DNA of 63,733 bases, filler included, from Sphingomonadaceae bacterium (lineage in GTDB: Bacteria; Chloroflexota; UBA6077): NCBI GenBank assembly GCA_050261575.1. It is 8 parts of 8 records of this genome, joined end to end, with 100 filler letters (N's around TTAATTAATTAA, not from the genome) between each part and the next. Parts side by side here need not be neighbours in the genome. Positions count along the whole stretch, not along the records: positions 1 to 14,613 come from JBLNDL010000054.1; 7 more parts are not named here. One strand, written 5' to 3'. Shown here one piece after another: positions 1 through 8,052 of this stretch. Within the stretch, counting starts at the first letter, position 1. Each line of letters opens with the position of its first letter. The notes beneath the pieces are model-generated. The model searched no databases. It saw only the letters and a program-made list of their open reading frames with translations, and was not told the origin of the DNA. The position numbers were made by a program, and so were the translations under genes.

Positions 1-52
1 CGTGGTTCCACGGCGGACAACCTCCTGGTCTTGCCGCCCACACCCCGCGACT

Positions 53-808
53 CTAGCGCTTCGTGGCCTCGACGAAGCGGGCGACGACGACCCGATAGTG
101 GGAGTAGCGCCGCGTGGACCAGTCGAACCGGCCTTCGCAGGTGTAGAGGGTGGCTCTGACGTCGCGCGTCGGCGCGACGAACTCGTGAATGGAGTTGGGC
201 GTGCGTTCGCTGGACTCGACCACCCAGGAGGTGCGGTATCCCGGGGTGTAGAGGTAGATCAGGTCGCCCGGCCGCAGCTCGTGGAGCCGAGCGAATACCT
301 TACCAGCGTCGATGGTCTGCAAGTGGCCGTTGAAGACGCTGTTGCCAGGTGCGCCTAGCTGTGCCGAGTCTTCGTGCCATCCCACATCCCACCCGGGCAC
401 CTCGTAAGTGCCGTCGCTGATCCCCACCTCTGTCACAGAGGCATCCAGGTCGATGCTGGGGATGAGCATTCTGACCGGCGGGCCGAAGTCGGGCACAGGT
501 GTGGGCGCCGCCGATGGCGTGTCGGGATCATCGATAGCGATCGGGGCCGCAGATGAGACCGTAGCCGCGGGTGCCTCAGGAGAAGGCGCCGCGCTCGCCC
601 CAGGGTCGCTCCCTCCCGGAGACTGGGTGGAGACGGGCGGGTCGTGGTCCGGCTCCAGCCTGGCGGGCACGAGTTCGAGCGCAGCGGCCGGCTTTCCGGC
701 GTCGTGCAACCACTGTCCGAGGTAGGTGCGTCCGGCTATCCCCAGCGCCCCGGCGAGCAAGAGCGTGCCGAGAAGCAGCAACGCCGAAGACGCCGTTCCT
801 CGGATCAC
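53..808 (-). CDS. Sortase, class F-like
   Basis: N-terminal TM segment, Pro/Ala linker, then RMLIPSIDLDASV, FNGHL (His), LYTC (Cys) and RVVV (Arg). Start moved to GTG 808, which follows a GGAGG RBS. Confidence 0.85.
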   Translation of the reverse strand: MIRGTASSALLLLGTLLLAGALGIAGRTYLGQWLHDAGKPAAALELVPARLEPDHDPPVSTQSPGGSDPGASAAPSPEAPAATVSSAAPIAIDDPDTPSAAPTPVPDFGPPVRMLIPSIDLDASVTEVGISDGTYEVPGWDVGWHEDSAQLGAPGNSVFNGHLQTIDAGKVFARLHELRPGDLIYLYTPGYRTSWVVESSERTPNSIHEFVAPTRDVRATLYTCEGRFDWSTRRYSHYRVVVARFVEATKR

Positions 809-942
809 CCTGCACCCTCCAAACGTTGGACCATCGGACCCTGTGATTCCCGTCCGTCTCCGTCGGCATCCGGGCGGCCCTCGGGCCGCCCGGCGACGAG
901 CTTTCGTCCTGGGGGGCGGAGGGAACGGAGCCGGCAACGAAG

Positions 943-1521
943 CTACCGGCGCAGGAACAGACCTCCGCCAAGAGCGAAGGCGCCCAGCGCGCCGAGGATC
1001 CCGGCCACGGCCAGAGCCGCCGGGCCGCCAGCTACGGCCGGAGCCGCAGCGGCCGGCGTGACCGCGGCGGGGGTAGGCGCCGCGGCGCCCAGGACGGTGG
1101 GAACGTCACCGCAGGCTATCCCCGCGCCGAAGTTCGCCCCAGACGTGACGTGCGTTTGCACGAGATGGTTCCCATCCATGAGCGACGCGAGCGAGGCGTT
1201 CACCGTGGCAGTGGCGGAGGCGTTACCGTTCGCGTCGGCCGTGAGTGTGGGCAGGTCGATCACTATGCTGCCCGGATTGGCACAGGTCCCCACGTGGAAG
1301 TGTGTCGCGTGGCTCGTGTTCGGCTGGAACCCGCTCACGTTCAGGGCAACCTGGGTTGTGCCGTCCATGCCCGTGAGCGTGGCCGTCCCGCTGACGCCCG
1401 AGCCGCCCACAGGATTGATGGCGACCGTGACCGTCTGCTGCTGGGCGATGGCCGTGGCCGCGAAGACGACGGACAGCGAGAGTGCCAAGAGGACTCCCAC
1501 TAGGTATCTCAGTCGCATCAT
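943..1521 (-). CDS. Secreted CHRD/Cu-Zn-SOD-like domain protein with C-terminal cell-wall sorting signal; probable sortase substrate
   Basis: Signal peptide (ATAIA|QQ), His motifs HATHFHVGTC and HLVQTH, Ala/Pro linker, PAVAGG, hydrophobic helix, LRR tail. Directly upstream of the sortase. Confidence 0.7.
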   Translation of the reverse strand: MMRLRYLVGVLLALSLSVVFAATAIAQQQTVTVAINPVGGSGVSGTATLTGMDGTTQVALNVSGFQPNTSHATHFHVGTCANPGSIVIDLPTLTADANGNASATATVNASLASLMDGNHLVQTHVTSGANFGAGIACGDVPTVLGAAAPTPAAVTPAAAAPAVAGGPAALAVAGILGALGAFALGGGLFLRR

Positions 1522-1699
1522 CACTGCTAGTTTCCCCCTCATTTCTATCCCTAAGTGGGACTTGCTGTACTCAGACCGCGTGTGCCCAACGTCGTATGGT
1601 GAGGCCCGTCTCGCGTGTGTTGTTCGGACGCTGGCTCCGTTTCACTCCGCTCTTCCAAAGGTCGGACGAGAAAAAGAACTCGTCGGCGGTCCGTGCGTG

Positions 1700-1714
1700 G
1701 CAGAAAGCGTGCCC
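1700..1714 (-). promoter_or_regulatory. Putative sigma-54 -24/-12 promoter
   Basis: GGGCACGCTTTCTGC (GG-N10-GC), ~180 nt upstream of the substrate-sortase pair. Confidence 0.4.
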
Positions 1715-2117
1715 GAGAAGAACCCAAGAGTGTGAACGGTATCTCTGCTCATGCGTCGGGGCACTCGGCCTCCCATTCCCGACCGGCACTCGGCCGGCTT
1801 TCTTCCCGCCGAGACTTCGAGGACATCGAGGTGCTTGCGGCGCAGGTCGATGCCGCCTGGTTGGCCCGTGGGGCGGGGAGAACAGATGAGCGGTGGCGGT
1901 GAATCCGGCGGCGATGAGATCCCTCTTGTGGAGACCCTGTCAGCCATGCTAGCATCCCACGGTGGAGAACGTTGGCCCATGGCGGGCCAGCAGCCCGACA
2001 GCAGTTCGCTGGGGACGACCCGATCGGCCGTTGGCCGGATACGTCGCTTATCCCCCACCGCCCGCCTCCGCGTAGTCGGGGCAGGCGGCCAGGCTCCTCT
2101 TCGCGGCCACCACCGGA

Positions 2118-2381
2118 GTGGTTATCAGTTGCCCGTTGGGTGGTTGGGCGCTTCTGCTCTACCTGGGGCTGGTTCCTACCGCGCTGGCCTATGGACTCTT
2201 CTTCTTGGAGATGCGTGGTGCAACAGCGACCGTGGCCAGCGTGGGGGCACTGGCGGAGCCGCTGACGTCGTCGGTGCTGGCAATGCTCGCGTTTGGAGAG
2301 CGGCTAGGCACCCCCGGCATCCAGGGCGCCACCCTGCTGATTGGAGCAATGCTGTTCCTGTGCAGGAACGATGGCGCCTAG
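2118..2381 (+). pseudogene. C-terminal fragment of an EamA/DMT transporter
   Basis: LLYLGLVPTALAYGLFF...ATVASVGALAEPLTSSVLAMLAFGERL is a typical EamA C-terminal repeat; no N-terminal half is visible. Confidence 0.7.
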
Positions 2382-2585
2382 GCCACATGAGCCTCGGAAT
2401 GCCGTGAGGCCCCCCCCTTTGCCTCACTGCAGGCCCCTCCCCTGTCCCGGAGGCGCGCTGGCCGGACGGCGTACTGGGCCAGGGGGTAAGGTACAGCTTG
2501 TGCTTGCAGCCTCTTGTATCGCTGCCAGCGTCCGGATGTGCGACCCGACCATCTGACGGTGCCCCCGATTTCGAGGAGATAGACT

Positions 2586-3983
2586 TTGGATAGTACGGCT
2601 AGGCTCGGACAGGAGAAGATCGGAAGTCTTCTCGTCACCTTCTCCATTCCCGCGATCGTCGGGATGATCGTGATGTCCCTCTACAACGTGATCGACCGGA
2701 TCTTCATCGGCAACAGCGCCGGCTTTCTCGGCATCGCTGCGATCACGGTCGGATTCCCCATCATGATCGTCCAGTTCGCCTTCATCGGCATGATCGGCAT
2801 GGGCGCCACCGCCCTGGTCTCCATCAGACTCGGCCAACAGAGACGGGAGGAGGCCGAGTCCATCATGGGCAACGCCCTGGTCCTCCTGGCGGGCCTGGCG
2901 CTGACCATGACGGCGCTGGGGCTGGTCTTCACGGATCCGCTGCTTCGGATCTTCGGAGCGAGCGATGAAGTGATGCCCCTGGCGAGGACCTACATTCGCA
3001 TCATCCTCGGGGCGAGCATTTTCCAGTCGCTCAGCTTCGGGATGAACAACTTCATCAGGGCGGAGGGCCACCCGAGGACCGCGATGGCGACGATGATCAT
3101 CGGAGCAGTCCTGAACGCCATTCTGGCCCCGATCTTCATCTTCGGCTTTGGCTGGGGCATGGCCGGCGCAGGTTTGGCCACCGCGCTCGCGCAGGCGGTG
3201 TCCGCGATCTGGGTGATGCTGCATTTTCTGTTGGGCAGGAGCACGCTGAAGATCCGCCGAAAGCAACTCAGGGTGGATCTCGCCGTAACGAGGAGGATGA
3301 TGGCCCTCGGAAGCGCCTTCTTCGCGATGCAGTTCTCTCAGAGCATCCTTAGCGCCATCATGAACACCAGCCTGGGCATCTACGGAGGGGACATCGCCAT
3401 CTCGGGCATGGGGATAGTCATCAGCTTGATGACGCTGATCATGATGCCGATAGTCGGGATCAATCAGGGTGCGCAGCCGATAATCGGGTACAACTACGGT
3501 GCCCAGAGGTACGACAGGGTGAAGGCGGCGCTGAAGTACGCGGCGATGGCCGCCACCGCCATCGCCACCGCTGGATTCGTGGTGATCAGGCTGTTTCCCA
3601 CCCAATTGATCACCATATTCAACAGTCAGGACGCCGAGCTGATCGCCTTCGGCAGCAACGCCCTGGTGGTGTTCTTGACGTTCTTGCCCCTGATCGGCTT
3701 CCAGATAGTCGGCTCGGGCTACTTCCAGGCGGTGGGACAGCCGAAGAAGTCGCTGATACTGAGCCTCTCCCGGCAGGTGCTGATCCTGATACCGGCGCTG
3801 CTCATCCTGCCGCGCTTCTTCCATTTGAGCGGAGTCCTCATGGCCGGGCCGGTCGCCGACCTGGCCGCCTCGTTGCTGACCGGGGCGTGGCTGCTCGCCG
3901 AGGTGAGGCAGCTCAATCGAAGGCATGCCGATCGCCGCGACGGCAGCTCGCTGGTCCGGTCCCGAGCGAGCGCCGACTCTTGA
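2586..3983 (+). CDS. MATE family efflux transporter (MepA-like)
   Basis: 465 aa with ~12 TMs; LGQEKIGSLL..FSIPAIVGM..SLYNVIDRIFIG and GAQPIIGYNYGA motifs; GAGGAG RBS. Confidence 0.92.
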   Translation: MDSTARLGQEKIGSLLVTFSIPAIVGMIVMSLYNVIDRIFIGNSAGFLGIAAITVGFPIMIVQFAFIGMIGMGATALVSIRLGQQRREEAESIMGNALVLLAGLALTMTALGLVFTDPLLRIFGASDEVMPLARTYIRIILGASIFQSLSFGMNNFIRAEGHPRTAMATMIIGAVLNAILAPIFIFGFGWGMAGAGLATALAQAVSAIWVMLHFLLGRSTLKIRRKQLRVDLAVTRRMMALGSAFFAMQFSQSILSAIMNTSLGIYGGDIAISGMGIVISLMTLIMMPIVGINQGAQPIIGYNYGAQRYDRVKAALKYAAMAATAIATAGFVVIRLFPTQLITIFNSQDAELIAFGSNALVVFLTFLPLIGFQIVGSGYFQAVGQPKKSLILSLSRQVLILIPALLILPRFFHLSGVLMAGPVADLAASLLTGAWLLAEVRQLNRRHADRRDGSSLVRSRASADS

Positions 3984-4049
3984 GCAAGCATCTCTGCTAT
4001 TGCTGTTCCCTTGCTCGTTTGATGCGGCGGCGCAGGCGGGACTCTTGGG

Positions 4050-4564
4050 TGACCCTGTGGCGCCGCCGCTCGCGGTTCAGGGTTCGGATCGTCCACCGTA
4101 AGCAGCCTCTGCATCACATTGCAGGCCACCTGGCTGTATCTGTTCTGCACGCGGTCGGACAACATAAAGTCCGGCGCCCGCTGCACCTTCTTGTGGTTGG
4201 CCAGCACGAAGGTGGATTCCATACGACGGCGGTAGCCCTCCAGGCCAGCCGCTGATGTGTCCTTGGCTTGGAGGGCCTCGATGCAGCTCTCTGCCGCGGC
4301 GATCCCCGAGCCGATAGCGTAGTTCACACCCTCCAACCACAGGCCGGCCGCCAGACAGAAGGCGGCAGCGTCGCCGGCCACCAGCATGCCGTCGGTGGCC
4401 AACCTGGACATCATCTTGTAGCCGCCCTCCGGAATCAGATGGGCGGAGTACTCCTTCAGCTTGCCTCCGGATATGAGGGGGGCAACGGTTGGGTGGGCCT
4501 TCATGGAGGCCGCCGATCCTGCCGGGCCAGCGCCGACAACCACTACATCGAAACGTTCAGGCAT
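4050..4564 (-). pseudogene. fixC: FixC-like flavoprotein with a large internal deletion
   Basis: The FAD motif FDVVVVGAGPAGSAA is joined directly to the C-terminal KAHP..PLISGGKLKEYSAHLIPEGG...LVAGDAA; the middle of the protein is missing. 3' boundary approximate. Confidence 0.75.
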
Positions 4565-5054
4565 GGGTAGCGACCTCTTGCTCAAGGCGAACGGCCAGCT
4601 CGGCGATGAGCGCTGGGGCGTCGGTCACGATCGACAGATCGGCCATGGCCATCATCGGGCATCCTGCATCCAGATTCACGGAGATGATGTGATCGGGGCG
4701 ACCCAGGCCGCTAACGTGCTGGCTCGCCCCCGAGATGCCTATGGCCACATAGAGGCGGGGATTGACACTCACGCCGGTGGCACCGATGAACCGCTTGGAG
4801 TCGGCCCAGCCGATATCGGTCGCCGCCCGAGTGGCTCCCGGCGAGGCGCCGAGCCTGTGTGCGACCTGCACCAACTGGGCAAATGACTCGGCACTGCCCA
4901 CGCCTCGCCCCCCTGCGATTGTGCGCGTCGCCTCCGATAGATCGATGGTGGCAGGATCGGGCGGGATCAGCTCGACTACCTCGGCATCGTGCGCCTCAGG
5001 CATCTGCAGAGACAGGATCTCGATCTTCACCTGCTCGCGGTTCGGTGTGGTGGA
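4557..5054 (-). pseudogene. Electron transfer flavoprotein alpha (FixB/EtfA) C-terminal fragment
   Basis: DLSEA..IAGGRGVG, IGATGVSVNPRLYVAIGISGASQH. The N-terminal domain is absent and the fragment is fused in frame to an OYE fragment. Confidence 0.8.
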
Positions 5055-5355
5055 TGGGACCTCCCGGAACAGCGGGTCCGCGACCGGAGACGGGCCCCAG
5101 ACCGGCAACCGGCTGTACATTCCGGAAGCCTGGCTGCCATTGTGGTTGATCTGGGCGAAGATGGGCACCCCGTAGCGGTGTACCGCGTCGGTGATGCGGC
5201 GATAGCCCGGAATGACGTCGCGACGGTACCCGTGGATCAGCTTCTCGTAGGGCCAGTCAGTGGGATGGACGGAGTGCTCTTCAGTGATGATCAGGCCACA
5301 GCCCCCGGCCGCGCGCGGCGTAGTAGGCTGCGTGCCGCTCGGACGGGCGCCCCTG
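5055..5355 (-). pseudogene. Fragment of a mycofactocin-system FadH/OYE family oxidoreductase
   Basis: Reads PSERHAAYYAAR, then a frameshift in a CG run, then AAGGCGLIITEEHSVHPTDWPYEKLIHGYRRDVIPGYRRITDAVHRYGVPIFAQINHNGSQASGMYSRLPVWGPSPVADPLFREVP. Confidence 0.75.
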
Positions 5356-5357
5356 TA

Positions 5358-6162
5358 CTCGGGTGATTGCGAGAAGGAGGTGAACGCCGAATCCGGGCTC
5401 TCCTATCTTCCTACCTGCAACCTCCTGATGAAGCGGGCCGTCCTCCAGGAGATCGGGGGATTCGACCCCTCGTTCCACCCGGTGGGGGAGGACGTGGACC
5501 TGGTGTGGAGGGTCCAGGATGCCGGCTATCGGGTGCTGTGTGATCCGCGGGGGAGGGTGAACCACCATCATCGGGAGTCGGTGGCGCCCTTCGTGGTGAG
5601 GCGGTGCGAATACGCCGCCTCCGAGGCGCAGTTGCTGAAGAAGCATCCCAACCGAAGGCGGGCGATGATGGTGCCGGCTCCGCACCTGGTCGCGCTCAGC
5701 CTCGTGGCGATGGGGGCGTTTGCCGGGTGGGTCGCTGCGTTGCTGATGGCGCTTGCCGTCGTTGCCGCGCAATCGGCCTCGATGTGGCGGCGGCTCGGAG
5801 ATGCCGGTAGTCTGGTGGGCGTGAGAGCCGTTGCACTGTCGCTCGCACGCAGCTATCTCGGCCTCGGGCAGTACGTCTTGTGGACTCTCGCGCAATACTA
5901 CCTGCTGCCGCTGGCGATCATCGTGTCTCCTCTGATAGTGCTAGGGGGGCTGCCCCTTCCGGTGCTTCTCGGTGCCGGTGTCCTCACGCTCGTGGCCACG
6001 GCACTCCTCAGCTTCCTGGGCAACCGGCCGGGGCTCGGGCTGCTGGACTTCGTCCCGGTTTACTGTCTGGACAAGCTCTCTTTCCAGGTGGGCGTCATAC
6101 GTGGTTGTCTGACGCAGCGCACGCTCAGGCCGCTCCTGCCGACGATGGTTTTCACCTGGTGA
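5358..6162 (+). pseudogene. mftF: 5'-truncated MftF-like GT2 glycosyltransferase
   Basis: SYLPTCNLL...GGFD..GEDVDLVWR...HHHR...YAASEAQLLKKHP plus C-terminal TMs. The N-terminal DxD region is missing and the 5' end abuts the OYE fragment. Confidence 0.65.
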
Positions 6163-6223
6163 GAGGCACTCACCCCGGGTAGCTGCCGGAACCGGCCGTC
6201 GGACATCGGTGGTGGGCACCCAA

Positions 6224-7513
6224 TCACGCGAGCGCGCGGCACAGCTTACCTATCCGCTTGGCGAGCGCAACGATGGTGAGGATGGGCGGGTTGCCGAGCG
6301 CCCGGGGGAGCAGGCTGGCGTCGGCAACGTAGACGTTAGCCGGAAGCCTGCTATCGTGGAGGGTGGCGGCCTCCTGCGCAGTCAGCGGCAGCGTGCCGCC
6401 GGGATGCCCGGCGTTGATCGTTCCCAGGTAGGTGGCCTCTCGCCTCACTCCGAGCCGGCCGAGGATCTCCCTGCACAGTTCGACCCCCTCGTTCAAGCGC
6501 TCGCGGTCGCGTTCGGTGAGGGTTTTCGCTACCTCGCCCTTTGGGCCCACCGACCCCACGCAGGAGTCCGCCAGCTTGATCATCAGCCCCAGCGTGTCCC
6601 GGGCGGGATGCCTCCAGGCCCGATCGAAGAAGAAGCTGAGGTAGTCGAAGTAGGGCGAAAGGATGTGGCTTTCCCTCTGCACGATGAACGGCATGGCGAT
6701 CTCCCTGCATTGGAGGTTCGCCTCCCATTGAGTGGCGACGCACAGCACCGGGTCAACGAAGAGGGTGGACTCGCACTCGACGCCCGAGCGCCCCAGGATG
6801 GCCGGGGTCGCCAGCCCGCCAGCAGCGAGCACGACCAGGTCGGCAGGGTAGAAGCGGCGGGACAGGCCGCACCGAGCCTCCACGCCGATCGCCTCGCCAT
6901 CCCTCACGACGATCCTTTCGACCCTGCACCCGGTGATCAACTCCGCTCCGGCGTCGAGCGCCGCCCTCAGGTAGCGGCGGCTGTCCCACTTGGCGCCGTA
7001 GGGGCAGCCCACCACGCAGCGGCCGCAGTTGGCGCAGCGGCCGGCGTCCACCATCTTCGGCGTCGGCCTCGGGTCCAGGCCCATCTCCTGGCAGATCTCG
7101 AACAGCCGTCGCGTCGTCTTCCGCCACCGGCTCTGATGCTCGGCGCCGATGGGGATCTCCCGGTGTATCTCGGCGAACTCCGCGTCCAGGTCGATCCCCA
7201 GCGCCTTCAGGTCCGCGTCCATCCGCAGGGCGTTCCCGGCGGAGAGGGTGGTCGTTCCGCCGAGCCCGACGCCGTTGACCAGCACCATTCCGTCGCGCAT
7301 CTTCCTGATCCGCATGGCCGGGAAGAGGAGCCCGATCTCCCGTTTGTCGAAGAGCAGCCCTGCGCTCCTGACCCTCTCGAGAAGCGGCATCCCGAGAGGG
7401 AACGGCCGGAACTCGCGACCGGCCTCCAGGACGGTCACCGCAAATGCGCCCTGAAGCTCCCTGGCTGCAGTGGCGCCACCTGCACCGCTACCCACCACTA
7501 TCGCCCGCTTCAC
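6224..7513 (-). CDS. GMC family FAD oxidoreductase with a ferredoxin-like Cys motif
   Basis: GSGAGG, GLGGTT, CANCGRCVVGCP, HPGGT, YVADASLLP..GNPPILTIVALA. Confidence 0.88.
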   Translation of the reverse strand: MKRAIVVGSGAGGATAARELQGAFAVTVLEAGREFRPFPLGMPLLERVRSAGLLFDKREIGLLFPAMRIRKMRDGMVLVNGVGLGGTTTLSAGNALRMDADLKALGIDLDAEFAEIHREIPIGAEHQSRWRKTTRRLFEICQEMGLDPRPTPKMVDAGRCANCGRCVVGCPYGAKWDSRRYLRAALDAGAELITGCRVERIVVRDGEAIGVEARCGLSRRFYPADLVVLAAGGLATPAILGRSGVECESTLFVDPVLCVATQWEANLQCREIAMPFIVQRESHILSPYFDYLSFFFDRAWRHPARDTLGLMIKLADSCVGSVGPKGEVAKTLTERDRERLNEGVELCREILGRLGVRREATYLGTINAGHPGGTLPLTAQEAATLHDSRLPANVYVADASLLPRALGNPPILTIVALAKRIGKLCRALA

Positions 7514-8052
7514 CCTGTGACCTCCTCGAAGCTGGCCCGGCAGATCTCCCGTCCCCCGGTGATCCGCTGGCGGAACGTCAGCCGCCCGCCGTTCGACAGG
7601 CCGGCCACGACCCCAGCATCGAGTGCCGAGACGATCTGGCAGACCTGGCCGGAGTAGAAGCGGCTGAAGAAGCAGTGCGCGACCTCGATCTCGCCCCCAG
7701 CCGGGCCGCGCAGTTCGATACGCAGGGCGCGGTAGAGGATCGGGATCGCCTCTGCGACCTCCTCGGCGTTCGAGAGTCGCAACCTCTTCCTGAGCTTACT
7801 TCCCAGCCGGTAGCCGTTCCGGTACAGCCGCTCCCGGAGCGCATCCGGATCGTTGCCGCGCCGGATCGCTGCCTCGACCTGCGAAGCGGTGAAGCGCGCG
7901 TACCGCTGCAACCGCTCGTCGAAGGAGAGCCCCGCGGCCGCCGGGGCCTCGGTGTCGAACGCTGAGGCGGTGCACTCGAACAGCTCCTGTAGCTGCCCCT
8001 TCTTGATCCACGTGGGGGTGTGCAGTTGCAGCAGCGCCAGCAGCGGGTTCAT
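7510..8052 (-). CDS. Hypothetical protein, possibly V4R / ATC-hydrolase-like fold
   Basis: 180 aa with 4-nt overlaps to both neighbours; HCFFSRFYSGQVC...DAG...RITGGREIC Cys pattern. Confidence 0.65.
   Translation of the reverse strand: MNPLLALLQLHTPTWIKKGQLQELFECTASAFDTEAPAAAGLSFDERLQRYARFTASQVEAAIRRGNDPDALRERLYRNGYRLGSKLRKRLRLSNAEEVAEAIPILYRALRIELRGPAGGEIEVAHCFFSRFYSGQVCQIVSALDAGVVAGLSNGGRLTFRQRITGGREICRASFEEVTG

Noticed and set aside
2424..3926. Long antisense or alternative-frame ORFs (e.g. 2424-3926, 8334-10160, 19152-20846, 56933-58363)
   Set aside because: Shadow ORFs expected in high-GC DNA opposite or overlapping genes that carry clear family motifs.
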